Assembly (NCBI GenBank): GCA_016840855.1
Contig: JAEORO010000132.1
Location: 1 to 62,417, forward strand
DNA: 62,417 nt
DNA from: Candidatus Thorarchaeota archaeon
Lineage (GTDB): Archaea > Asgardarchaeota > Thorarchaeia > Thorarchaeales > Thorarchaeaceae
Reading direction: 5' to 3'
Of this stretch, positions 29,597 through 38,811 are shown piece after piece. The position numbers and the translations under genes are program-made. Numbering within the stretch: the stretch's first letter is position 1; each line of letters begins with the position of its first letter. The notes under the pieces were generated by a model that was not told where the DNA came from, did not search any database, and saw only the letters and a program-made list of their open reading frames with translations.

Positions 29597-29956
29597 ATGG
29601 GTGCAAAAGAGAAGCGTAACCTTACTCTGGTGCCAGACTACAAACTATGGTTTGAACGTGATGGGGAGTATATCTTTGGCCCAGGAGCGTATGCCATCCT
29701 CAAATCAGTACATGAAGAGGGAACTATAACTGAAGGCGCTAAAAAACTAGGCATGTCTTACCGCTATGCTTGGGGAGTCATCAAAAAGATAGAGCGGAAG
29801 CTAAGCATCACCTTGGTTGAGACCTTTAAAGGTGGAACGGAAGGTGGGGGTGGTGCAAGAGTGACTGAGAGTGGACTGAAACTCATGGAGCTGTATTATA
29901 GCATCAACAATGCGTTCAACGATGTGCTTGAGTCATCCGATAAACTGACTCTATGA
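29597..29956 (+). CDS. ModE-like winged-helix regulator
   Basis: GAKKLGMSYRYAW, GGTEGGGARVT. Confidence 0.9.
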   Translation: MGAKEKRNLTLVPDYKLWFERDGEYIFGPGAYAILKSVHEEGTITEGAKKLGMSYRYAWGVIKKIERKLSITLVETFKGGTEGGGGARVTESGLKLMELYYSINNAFNDVLESSDKLTL

Positions 29957-31024
29957 GAACTTCAAGATGATTGCGTTATTCGGGCAGTGGCTCTTACATT
30001 CCAAGCACATTATGCAATCTGGACTGTACATGTGTTTGTATGGGTATTTTCTGATTCGTATGTTCATTGGGCATACGACCTCGCACACATTACAGGTATC
30101 TGGTGTGCATCGTGCAGGATTTCTACCAATCCCAATCAGCGCATCACGTGAAAAGATGCTATAGAACCAGCCCGCAGGACAAAGCCACCTGCAGAACCAT
30201 CGAGGAACCCAAAAGGAAACAAGAAAAACGAAGATGACAAACACCATCTGCAGCAGCGCCCAAATCGACCATAGGTTGGGGTCAGTGAAATACCATAGGG
30301 TTTCCAGACTAGTTGGCCATCTTTGACCCGGTAAAAGGACAAACAGAATGTATGCAGGATTCAATGGAGCGAAGGCATCATTGACAAAGTCACCTAATGC
30401 ATTCTCAAGAGCTCCGGCTGTTCCTGTAAGTCTAGCAAATCCTACCCAGACAGCAAGGAAAGCGACAATCACAAAGATGTATGCTTTCACTTTTCTAAGC
30501 TCTTGCTCAGTTCCCTGAGTTGGGCGTATCTTAGTTCTTTTTGGTAGAGTTATGAAGTCCTGAATAGTGCCAATTGGACAAATCCAGCCGCAGGGCGCTC
30601 TACCAACAATGACGACTATGATCAACATCGCCCCTATTGTAAAGAATGGGAAGAAGCCTGTTGCGAACTCGCGTATCATTGTATCAAATGAACCAGCAAT
30701 GACACCAAAGGGAGCTTCTAACGGTGCCAAAATGGGCAATGTAGGTAAATTCTGCCAAATGGATAACCAAAACGCTTGAACATTGGGCATATGAAACCAT
30801 GCTAGAAGAATGTACCCATTAATTCCGATGAAGGCGAGAATCTGAAAGATACGTCGAAGCATCCTGATGTTTAAGATGAATCCAAGAGGATTTGACCTGA
30901 GGCTGATCTTTCTTGCCTCTTTCGTTTCCACGGTTTCTGGAACATCCTCAGGCATCCCTTCCTCTGGTTCGGACTCTTCGTCATCTGTACCAGTTTCGTC
31001 GACTCTATCGACATCCTCTGCCAT
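29951..31024 (-). CDS. Membrane 4Fe-4S-binding protein (NapH/YccM-like)
   Basis: GRAPCGWICPIG, RWFCRWLCPAG, two ferredoxin motifs, TM helices. Confidence 0.88.
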   Translation of the reverse strand: MAEDVDRVDETGTDDEESEPEEGMPEDVPETVETKEARKISLRSNPLGFILNIRMLRRIFQILAFIGINGYILLAWFHMPNVQAFWLSIWQNLPTLPILAPLEAPFGVIAGSFDTMIREFATGFFPFFTIGAMLIIVVIVGRAPCGWICPIGTIQDFITLPKRTKIRPTQGTEQELRKVKAYIFVIVAFLAVWVGFARLTGTAGALENALGDFVNDAFAPLNPAYILFVLLPGQRWPTSLETLWYFTDPNLWSIWALLQMVFVIFVFLVSFWVPRWFCRWLCPAGWFYSIFSRDALIGIGRNPARCTPDTCNVCEVVCPMNIRIRKYPYKHMYSPDCIMCLECKSHCPNNAIILKFS

Positions 31025-31113
31025 TGCTTTCAGTCCTCACCTGAGGGTGCTAGCGGCGTGAACCTGAGCCTAGATTAAAAACGTTGCGCTCAATTTACTG
31101 GATGCCCATCATC

Positions 31114-31539
31114 TCAAATTGGGACTTCTAAGAATATGATATGGATGGTATCACCAATTAATGTGAACTCTGCAGAATAGAGCACTCTTGTAGTGTGTGA
31201 TAATATTGTATCATCGATTATAATTTCATGGTTGTATGATGCTGGCCAAGTACTTGGCGATGTTCTACCATTGTCAAATAGGACCGTTAGCGTGTTCCCA
31301 CTGGCAGTCACCGAGATGCCGGGATTTACCCAAAAAGTGAATGCGGTCGTATTTAGAGCACCCGTGTCAACATCTCTTGTAGCGTTGTGAATCTTTTCTG
31401 CTACTGAAACTGCATCCTGCAGTTCTGATGTTGTGTTAATTGTATCAATCGCATACATCAACACTGGTACGCCTATAATTACCACTGTTGAGAGACCTAT
31501 TGCAATTAACATCATTTTCTCAAGAGACCGTGACACCAT
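31114..31539 (-). CDS. N-terminally anchored protein, possibly pilin-like
   Basis: SLE followed by a hydrophobic helix and a Thr-rich beta region. Confidence 0.6.
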   Translation of the reverse strand: MVSRSLEKMMLIAIGLSTVVIIGVPVLMYAIDTINTTSELQDAVSVAEKIHNATRDVDTGALNTTAFTFWVNPGISVTASGNTLTVLFDNGRTSPSTWPASYNHEIIIDDTILSHTTRVLYSAEFTLIGDTIHIIFLEVPI

Positions 31540-31641
31540 ATCTTTTCTTCAGGTAATGGTCCCAATAAACTACTCTGTATCCCCTCTCGTTTGTGACTAA
31601 GGTTTTATGTTCTAATGTCCATCTTGGCTTGAGGCAAGCAA

Positions 31642-33036
31642 ATGGACAATCTTGTCCCGGTACATGTGGGTCTCATGGGTCATATAGACCATGGAAAGAC
31701 AGCCCTTGCACAAGCACTCAGCGAGAGAGTTTCCACCGCTGGTTTGGATAAGCATCCACAATCACAGAAACGTGGCATTACCATAGATCTTGGGTTCACA
31801 ATGTTTGTTCTTGACAAATTTCTTGTAACACTCGTTGACGCTCCTGGACATGCTGACTTGATACGTAGTGTCGTAGCGGGTTCGAACATCATAGACTCAG
31901 CCATTCTGGTGGTGGCTGCGGATGAAGGTCCAATGATACAAACAGGAGAACATCTTGTTGTTCTTCAGTCAATGGATATAGAGAATATTCTTGTAGCAGT
32001 GACTAAAACTGATCTGGTGACTCCTGAGAGAATCGCTAAAATAGAAGAGAAAATGAGATCCATTCTCGCAGAAACTCCTTTTTCAAATGCAGAGTTTGTC
32101 AGAGTTTCAGCATTGAGAAATGAAGGTCTCGATGAACTTCGAGTAGCGCTTTTACGATGCTTAGTACCTCGGACTAGAGATTCAGAAAGTCCTTTGTCCA
32201 TTCCAATCGACCATGCGTTTCCTGTTAAGGGACACGGTACTGTGGTGACAGGTACTATTCAAAGAGGAAAACTCAAACTCGGTGATGTGGTAGAAATTGC
32301 TCCACTTGACAAAAAAAGCAGAGTTCGCTCAATTCAAACATTTGGCGAGAGTCGTGATGTCGTTAGTGCAGGTGATAGAGTAGGTGTTAACGTTCCAGAG
32401 GTCAACGATACCGAAATCACAAGGGGTGATTATCTCTGTGCCCCTGGAAGTATGCATTACACAACAGGATTCATTGCACATTTAGAAATCAATCCACTCT
32501 ATCGTGGCCGAATCACTAAAAGGATGACTGCCAGTATCTCAGCTGGAATGCCTGTGGTAACAGGGCAGATAGTACCTGTACAAGAAACGAATGGCATCAT
32601 GGTAGTTCAAGATGTGGTGAATACCAAGGAGTTCAGTGCAGCTCTTCTGCTTCAGAAACCAATTGCACTAACAGAAGGAACCAAGGTTTTACTCCTTCGT
32701 ACCGATTTACCGCCTACACAAATGAGAATCATTGGATCTGGCGACGTTGTTAACATTCCTGACAAGATAACTCTCTCCAGACCTCGATTAAGAATAGGTA
32801 AAGTCCAGAGAGTCAGGGACAAAGACGTCCTAGTTGAAGGACTGGCGTCCAATAAGGAAGTAGCTGAGCGATTAGTCGGAAGCAATGTATCCTCCGCTAG
32901 TAGTGTAGTTGGTGTTATTAGGCAGCCTTTTGGTACACGCGGTGTTGTTTCAGTAGAATTCAAAGGATCAGTGAAAGAGTTTGAAACAGTGACCTATCGA
33001 CGTTTGATAGAGGAGGAGTATAGATTTGGACAATGA
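31642..33036 (+). CDS. selB: Selenocysteine-specific elongation factor (archaeal SelB)
   Basis: GHIDHGKT, LDKHPQSQKRGITIDLGF, DAPGH, IDHAFPVKGHGTV, short domain IV with PFGTRG; next to SepSecS and tRNA-Sec. Confidence 0.96.
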   Translation: MDNLVPVHVGLMGHIDHGKTALAQALSERVSTAGLDKHPQSQKRGITIDLGFTMFVLDKFLVTLVDAPGHADLIRSVVAGSNIIDSAILVVAADEGPMIQTGEHLVVLQSMDIENILVAVTKTDLVTPERIAKIEEKMRSILAETPFSNAEFVRVSALRNEGLDELRVALLRCLVPRTRDSESPLSIPIDHAFPVKGHGTVVTGTIQRGKLKLGDVVEIAPLDKKSRVRSIQTFGESRDVVSAGDRVGVNVPEVNDTEITRGDYLCAPGSMHYTTGFIAHLEINPLYRGRITKRMTASISAGMPVVTGQIVPVQETNGIMVVQDVVNTKEFSAALLLQKPIALTEGTKVLLLRTDLPPTQMRIIGSGDVVNIPDKITLSRPRLRIGKVQRVRDKDVLVEGLASNKEVAERLVGSNVSSASSVVGVIRQPFGTRGVVSVEFKGSVKEFETVTYRRLIEEEYRFGQ

Positions 33037-34345
33037 TGAGATTGATCGCATCCTTGAGAAGAACATCCCAAAGAGTATGCGTCAACGTGGAAGAACGACA
33101 GTTGACTCGCTAATGAGCCCGATCAGAGATGTTCTAAATAGACGAAGGTTTCCTGAAAAGGGACTTACAGATCTTCAACTCGAAATGATGTTTCAACTCC
33201 TCTCCTCTCTTGACACTGATAAAGACCCTGAAGCAGCAAGGGTTGGTGAACGAGAGGCTCGAATAGCATCACCTTTCATCGGTCGTTTATCAGCAGGTTT
33301 CAACCACGGTGTTGGGCGGAGTGGGAAGCTTGCTGCACCTCAACCGAAAGCTCCCGGGGCATCCTTGATGCAGCAAGTAGCAAACAGTGTTGCACTTGAT
33401 GCAATTCGTAAGCTCGGTCTTAGCAATATGAAGTCAGGAATTGTGACTCCATTATCAACTGGAATGAGTATTGCGCTCATTCTTAGTGCGTTACGAAGAG
33501 AACAGGGAATCAACCGAGTCCTTTTTCCTCGTGTAGACCACGCATCTCCTCATCGAGCTATTGCTTTTGCAGGACTTGAGAAGATTGTAATTCCTACATT
33601 GATTGAAGGAGATGCTGTTCGAGTTGATTTGGAACAACTGAAACAGCAAATAGAATCGACTGAATCAAGTGCTGTCCTTGCTACGACTACATTCTTTCCA
33701 CCACGAGAATCCGACCCAGTAAAGGACATTGCAAAGTCTTGTGCAAAGCACGACGTGCCTTTAATCATCAATAATGCATACGGTGTCCAATCTGATAGGA
33801 TTATGAGTGAGATTCGTTCTGCAGCAGACGCAGGATATGTGACCGCAGTTGTTCAAAGCAGCGACAAGAACTTTCTTGCACCTGTTGGTGCATCAATCAT
33901 TGTTTCACCTTCGGAGGACTTTGTTGAGCAAATCACAGAGACCTATGCAGGACGCGCATCTGCAGCACCGATAGTTCAAACACTGGCTGCTCTATTAGCG
34001 ATTGGATTGGAGAATTATAGGGCTCTCCAGCTGGAGCAGTCTGAGAACCTGAAAATCCTTAACGAGAGAATGAATGAAATCGCAGACAAAATCGGTCAAA
34101 GATTACTTTCAGTCTGGAATCCTGTGGCATGTGCGCTCACAATGGATGGTCTGGATGCAAATGAGGTTGGAGCAAAGCTCTATAACATGCGTGTAACAGG
34201 GCCTCGGGCAGTGGCTAAAGGTGAGTTTGGATCCTCATGTGATAACTACCCTCATAGCTATTTGGTGATGAATGCAGCAATCGGGGCATCCAAAAATGAC
34301 GTCGAAACAGCTACGATGAAACTAAATAAGGAAGTCCGTAGATAG
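33026..34345 (+). CDS. spcS: O-phosphoseryl-tRNA(Sec) selenium transferase (SepSecS)
   Basis: GEREAR, HGVGRSG, QPKAPG, NNAYG, QSSDKNF PLP lysine, YAGRAS. Confidence 0.97.
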   Translation: MDNDEIDRILEKNIPKSMRQRGRTTVDSLMSPIRDVLNRRRFPEKGLTDLQLEMMFQLLSSLDTDKDPEAARVGEREARIASPFIGRLSAGFNHGVGRSGKLAAPQPKAPGASLMQQVANSVALDAIRKLGLSNMKSGIVTPLSTGMSIALILSALRREQGINRVLFPRVDHASPHRAIAFAGLEKIVIPTLIEGDAVRVDLEQLKQQIESTESSAVLATTTFFPPRESDPVKDIAKSCAKHDVPLIINNAYGVQSDRIMSEIRSAADAGYVTAVVQSSDKNFLAPVGASIIVSPSEDFVEQITETYAGRASAAPIVQTLAALLAIGLENYRALQLEQSENLKILNERMNEIADKIGQRLLSVWNPVACALTMDGLDANEVGAKLYNMRVTGPRAVAKGEFGSSCDNYPHSYLVMNAAIGASKNDVETATMKLNKEVRR

Positions 34346-34394
34346 ACTATGAAACCCTTGAGGGAGGAAAATAGGTTTGGATGCTTCAGAGGAT

Positions 34395-35030
34395 ATGGTG
34401 AAAGTATCACGTAGTCTGAATTATTCCGTTGATGATTCGACCACAGTCTTCAGAATCGCATGGTATGAAGTTGCTTCGAAACCCAACGTAATCCTAGAAG
34501 AGTATAGAGAGGCCGAGAGTCAGGTTTTCAAAGGAGAGGCGAAATTCTCACTTCGTATCGCTGGCGAGAGAGCACTGGCTAACATCTCTGTTGATGGAGC
34601 TAAGTCGACTATCGGAGTTGAGGCTGAAGGGGTTGATGAAGTTGCAGTTGGTATCTTTCTAGATGGTTTCGCAGGATCTTTAAACAATGCACTTGCGAAA
34701 TACGATGCATTATCAGATGATCATAAGTCTAAATTGAAACGAGCTCTCGTAGCAAAGACCTGCTGGGACAGAATGGTGCGTGAAATCCTCAACAAGGCGC
34801 CTCTCAATGATGTTTACATACAGGTGGCTCATGGTCGCGAGATGATGATTAAAGCCACAGAAGGAGAGGAAAATGTACCCTCCCTCACCTTGACCACATC
34901 CGGATGGCTCTCAAAGATAGAATCCCTCCCTCGTGATGAAACATTACCTAGTAACATTGCCTCTGAGCTTGCAAAGAAGAGTATAGAATGGAAGAAAGAG
35001 ACCCAAGACATTATCAGCCGTTACATTTAG
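34395..35030 (+). CDS. Hypothetical protein within the Sec locus
   Basis: About 211-aa ORF co-oriented between SepSecS and tRNA-Sec; alternative TTG start at 34377. Confidence 0.8.
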   Translation: MVKVSRSLNYSVDDSTTVFRIAWYEVASKPNVILEEYREAESQVFKGEAKFSLRIAGERALANISVDGAKSTIGVEAEGVDEVAVGIFLDGFAGSLNNALAKYDALSDDHKSKLKRALVAKTCWDRMVREILNKAPLNDVYIQVAHGREMMIKATEGEENVPSLTLTTSGWLSKIESLPRDETLPSNIASELAKKSIEWKKETQDIISRYI

Positions 35031-35073
35031 ATTCTGAATTGGTCTTCTTGCATCAGGAAATTCACTATTCTAT

Positions 35074-35164
35074 GGCCTCCTACAGGACCGGTGGTCTGGT
35101 TCCGTGGGCTTCAACCCCATGAACGTGCAAGCGTTGAGAGTTCGATTCTCTTAGGAGGCCGCCA
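35074..35164 (+). tRNA. selC: tRNA-Sec (UCA), 9/4 fold
   Basis: 9-bp acceptor GGCCTCCTA/TAGGAGGCC, 7-bp D stem with 4-nt loop, 6-bp anticodon stem with TCA at 35111-35113, long variable arm, 4-bp T stem with TTCGATT loop, G discriminator, encoded CCA. Confidence 0.97.
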
Positions 35165-35428
35165 TTATTTCTTAGATTTCCTTAATGAATAATCCCGAAT
35201 TATATATCCAAGAACTAGCCCGACTAGGAATGTCATAAAAGGTCTAACATCTATATATCCCGTTAATTTGATAGTTTGTATTTGGAGTATGAATCCCCCA
35301 CACATTGCAAGCATTATGACAAGTAATAAGCTCAAGAATAGCAGAACAAAGAATTTCACAACAATATTCCCATGATCTTCCTATTCGTCATTCTTCTCGT
35401 CATTGATAGTTTCATAGGCCTCTGACAT
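35165..35428 (-). pseudogene. Small two-TM membrane protein ORF with an in-frame TAG (pseudogene, readthrough, or shorter GTG-started CDS)
   Basis: ATG 35428 after GGAG: MSEAYETINDEKNDE*EDHGNIVVKFFVLL...; TAG at 35383-35381. Confidence 0.5.
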
Positions 35429-35440
35429 CACCAAATCTCC

Positions 35441-36190
35441 TTACAACAGTTTGTTCAATTCATCTACAAGTATCTCACTAACATCCTTGAGTGGAATCCT
35501 CCGTTCAATAGCGGAATAAAGAACGCCACGTCTAATGATTGATACTTTTCTACTTCCTCTCAACTCAGGATGTTTTTGGAGAAACTCAGACACTATTAAT
35601 CGGGTTTTTGTATCTAATTCATTGAACTCATTACTGGAAACCAAAAGTGGTTCTGGTTTGATTGCTGGCTCAAGTGTTTCAAGAATATCTAGAATCTCAG
35701 GAACGACCACTGACAACTCTTGAGTTTCCATATCAACCTCTAGCTCTGCGTTATCCCAGAGATACCGTCGTCCTGGATTATCAAATCTCTCAAAGATGTC
35801 CTCAATGACGCTGTCAGGAATGGGAGAGTTTTTTCGTTCTTTGTTCCATTGTAAGGCTGTAGTAACAGATGTGGAAACATGTATGATTCCAAATCCACAT
35901 CTATTCCCTATGGCTACATCAAACAACTCGTGTCTCATACTGGTGTAGTAGTTCGTGTCATCATGGATTATACTCTTGCCTTCTGCCACCAGTTTCTTGA
36001 CACGTTCAATTGCCTTCTGACGAACTGGTTTTTCCTTCTCAGGCATCCAATTTGTATAATATTCATCATCTCGCCAATCATCAGTCCTTACAATCTCCAC
36101 TTCGTAGTTCATTGCCTTTTGTATGGCATCAGCTAAAGCTGATTTGCCTGATGCTGGAAGTCCACATAGCACTAGGATGAACTGTTTCAT
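35441..36190 (-). CDS. pstK: O-phosphoseryl-tRNA(Sec) kinase
   Basis: CGLPASGKS P-loop, DDTNYYTSMRHEL, FDNPG..YLWD; beside tRNA-Sec. Confidence 0.93.
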   Translation of the reverse strand: MKQFILVLCGLPASGKSALADAIQKAMNYEVEIVRTDDWRDDEYYTNWMPEKEKPVRQKAIERVKKLVAEGKSIIHDDTNYYTSMRHELFDVAIGNRCGFGIIHVSTSVTTALQWNKERKNSPIPDSVIEDIFERFDNPGRRYLWDNAELEVDMETQELSVVVPEILDILETLEPAIKPEPLLVSSNEFNELDTKTRLIVSEFLQKHPELRGSRKVSIIRRGVLYSAIERRIPLKDVSEILVDELNKLL

Positions 36191-36235
36191 TGAAATCTAG
36201 AATCTACTATTGAGTCGCAGCAAATGAATGTAATG

Positions 36236-36275
36236 TTAGAAAAAGAAAGTGAAAGTAGTTGGGAGAATTCCCAAC
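36236..36275 (-). terminator. Hairpin plus U-rich tract after the second tfb
   Basis: GTTGGGA/TCCCAAC stem at 36258-36275 followed on minus strand by TTTCACTTTCTTTTTCT. Confidence 0.5.
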
Positions 36276-36277
36276 CA

Positions 36278-37222
36278 CTATGGCTTAATTGTAATCCGTA
36301 GACTGTTGGCTAAGTCCTTGTACCTATTTCGCACAGTCACTTCAGTCACATTTGAAGCTTCAGCAATCTCTCTTTGAGTACGTCTATCATCTTCAATGAT
36401 TCCAGCAATATAGAGTGCTGCTGCTGCAAGACCGCCTGGGTCTTTTCCAGCTGTAATCCCTCTCTTGCGAGCATCATTGATGATATTCATTGCAGTCTGG
36501 ATAGTCTTGCCATCAAGTCCGAGATCTGCAGAAATTCTAGGCATCAGGTCGTTCGCTGACGGAATTGGTACCTTGATGTCAACATTGCGTAGAATTAGAC
36601 GGACACACTGACCAAGCTCCTTCCGGTTGACTCTAGCTTCTGTTACAATCTCATCAAGTTGTCTTGGAATCTTATGAATCCTACACGAGAGATAGATAGT
36701 TGCAGCTACCATGCCCTCAATACTTCTTCCTCTTACAAGACGCCTACCTAAGGCTTTCCTGTAAATGAGTGCAGAGGTTTCTTTAGTTTCTTGAGGAACT
36801 CCAAGCTGTGATGTGAGCCTGTCCATCTCGCTCATAGCAATGCTAAGGTTTCTGTGCTGAGAGCTGTGCACTAGGGTTCTAATTTGCCATTTTCGCATCC
36901 GATAGATTGCTGCACGGCTATTTGCGGCAATCGCGCGACCATTTGCATCTCTGTCACTCCAGCCAATTGTCGTGGCAAGACCTTTGTCTGCCATTGTCAA
37001 TGTCATTGGAGACCCTGTTCGTGCTCTAGAGTTGCGCTCTTCAGAAGTAAAAGCTCTCCATTCAGGTCCAGAATCTAGGATTCTCTCATTCATAACACAT
37101 CCACAAGATGTGCATATGTGCTCTCCACGTGTCAAGTCTTGGTAAAAATCACTACCACCACATACAGAACAAACAGTCATACCTGGTCGACTAATTGTTG
37201 TGGGTCGTGCCGATCTTGCCAT
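36278..37222 (-). CDS. tfb: Transcription initiation factor IIB (paralogue 2)
   Basis: CSVC/CTSC ribbon, GPEWRAF, RGRSIE, GKDP, TEVTVRNRYK. Confidence 0.97.
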   Translation of the reverse strand: MARSARPTTISRPGMTVCSVCGGSDFYQDLTRGEHICTSCGCVMNERILDSGPEWRAFTSEERNSRARTGSPMTLTMADKGLATTIGWSDRDANGRAIAANSRAAIYRMRKWQIRTLVHSSQHRNLSIAMSEMDRLTSQLGVPQETKETSALIYRKALGRRLVRGRSIEGMVAATIYLSCRIHKIPRQLDEIVTEARVNRKELGQCVRLILRNVDIKVPIPSANDLMPRISADLGLDGKTIQTAMNIINDARKRGITAGKDPGGLAAAALYIAGIIEDDRRTQREIAEASNVTEVTVRNRYKDLANSLRITIKP

Positions 37223-37458
37223 TTTTAAATCACCTATCTACATCCACTTGAGATATGGCCGCAAACATGCTTGGCCAAAGGATATGCAAAATCACAGCCC
37301 GAAGAGGATGCTCCCCAAAGCGCTATTATTTACGTATATAAGTGTAAGCATCCGTGAGCTATTGCACCACGCGTTTCCTGATTTCATCAAGAAAACATAC
37401 TATCCTCATACATACGTATGAGTTGACTCACATTAGCAAAAAAACAACAAAAGAAGGC

Positions 37459-37539
37459 GAGGTGAACGTCCGAAACGAAAGGAAGTCTAGCTGTGTGGGG
37501 GCAGCCAGAAATCAAGGAGATGATCAGACGTTCTACCTC
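37459..37539 (-). ncRNA. Candidate structured RNA element
   Basis: Outer stem GAGGT(A)GAACGTC/GACGTTCACCTC, inner 8-bp hairpin, then U-rich tract. Confidence 0.4.
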
Positions 37540-37550
37540 TTAATTGCGTA

Positions 37551-38123
37551 TCACTCCAGACAAGACATCTGTTTTATGGCTGACTCAGGAATGATGTGGA
37601 TATTATCATAGTACTCGGTACCATCGTTGACAACAGTCTTTGAGAGGGCTAATTTCATCATTCCCTCGCTCTTCCCAAGCATGTATCCTGCGACATATTG
37701 TAGTGGGACACGCATCTTGTCTGCCTGCTCTTTAGACATGGCGCAGCACTCAACTCCGGGGCTTTCAAAGATGACCTCGATTATCTGGTGGTCCTCGCAC
37801 GCTGGGTGTCGACTCAGTTCTTTCGTCCGCTCAGAAATCCTTGTCTTTCCGCTGATACTTTCCACTCTGGCATGATCATAATGGAATGGGTCTCCAGTGA
37901 GTCGGTGGACTGATGGTGCTAAGAAGAGTGTCTTCTCACTAAGTTCCGCAACTTCATTACCACCACTATCGACGTATCTCTTATCTTCGCTTTCTCCGAC
38001 TAGGTAGCGTATTCTGTACGTCTTTGCATCTACTCTCTTCTTTTCTTCACCTTCATTCACGGTGACCATTGTATCATCCCACATCTCCATTGCAGAGAAG
38101 GGGTTACTTGCAGCTTCAGTCAT
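37551..38123 (-). CDS. Hypothetical protein
   Basis: 190-aa ORF, AGGTGA before ATG; no family recognised. Confidence 0.8.
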   Translation of the reverse strand: MTEAASNPFSAMEMWDDTMVTVNEGEEKKRVDAKTYRIRYLVGESEDKRYVDSGGNEVAELSEKTLFLAPSVHRLTGDPFHYDHARVESISGKTRISERTKELSRHPACEDHQIIEVIFESPGVECCAMSKEQADKMRVPLQYVAGYMLGKSEGMMKLALSKTVVNDGTEYYDNIHIIPESAIKQMSCLE

Positions 38124-38148
38124 TTATTGTTCACCTAAGTGAAATTTA

Positions 38149-38179
38149 TTAACTATAGTTAAATACACAATAGTTAACT
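38149..38179. promoter_or_regulatory. Palindromic putative transcription-factor site in a divergent promoter
   Basis: TTAACTATAGTTAA perfect palindrome plus a second TAGTTAA copy. Confidence 0.45.
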
Positions 38180-38229
38180 TATAAGGTTAGTGTAACATGA
38201 AATACTCACTACAAGAAGGGTTTTACATC

Positions 38230-38811
38230 GTGATTGAATACTTCTATATCATATTAGCAACCTCGCTCTTTGGTCTGCAACATTCTGGAATGTCGTCTCT
38301 CTCGGTCAAAGCGAGAATAATTGACAGATGGGGAAAAGAGGGTTATGCTCGTATTTTTGACGCGTTGAGTGTCGTTACTCTCCTAATAGCATTCATCTCA
38401 ATGAATTTCTGGGATTGGCTATATTTTATCATGAATCCTACGCAGATTCAACCTATTCTCTTCTCGATGGGAATCTTGTTAGTTGTCATTGGAGCCGTCA
38501 TTTCGTTAATGGCTTCCAGAGTTATATCAGTGAGTACTGTAGCTGATATGAGAACTGACAGGAAGGCTGAACTTGTCACTGATGGAATATATTCTCGCGT
38601 ACGACATCCATTGTATCTTGCAACAGTACTGGTCCTATCTGCCTTAGCACTCATCTATCCTTTCCTCCCAGTGACTGTATTTTCACTCTGTATGATATTC
38701 TACACGATGATAGGTGCATTCTTTGAGGAAAGAAAACTTGTGTTACACTATGGAGATGAATATCTCAAGTATAGGGAAAAAGCAGGATTCATATTTCCAC
38801 GACTACGCTAG
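38230..38811 (+). CDS. ICMT/PEMT-family membrane methyltransferase
   Basis: LVTDGIYSRVRHPLY, EERKL...YGDEYLKY. Confidence 0.9.
   Translation: MIEYFYIILATSLFGLQHSGMSSLSVKARIIDRWGKEGYARIFDALSVVTLLIAFISMNFWDWLYFIMNPTQIQPILFSMGILLVVIGAVISLMASRVISVSTVADMRTDRKAELVTDGIYSRVRHPLYLATVLVLSALALIYPFLPVTVFSLCMIFYTMIGAFFEERKLVLHYGDEYLKYREKAGFIFPRLR

Noticed and set aside
35074-35440. Integrated element at the tRNA-Sec 3' end
   Set aside because: No integrase and no duplicated tRNA 3' end seen in the window
37459-37539. Hammerhead ribozyme or canonical SECIS
   Set aside because: CUGANGA and GAAA are not on the same strand, and no properly placed AUGA/GA core is present
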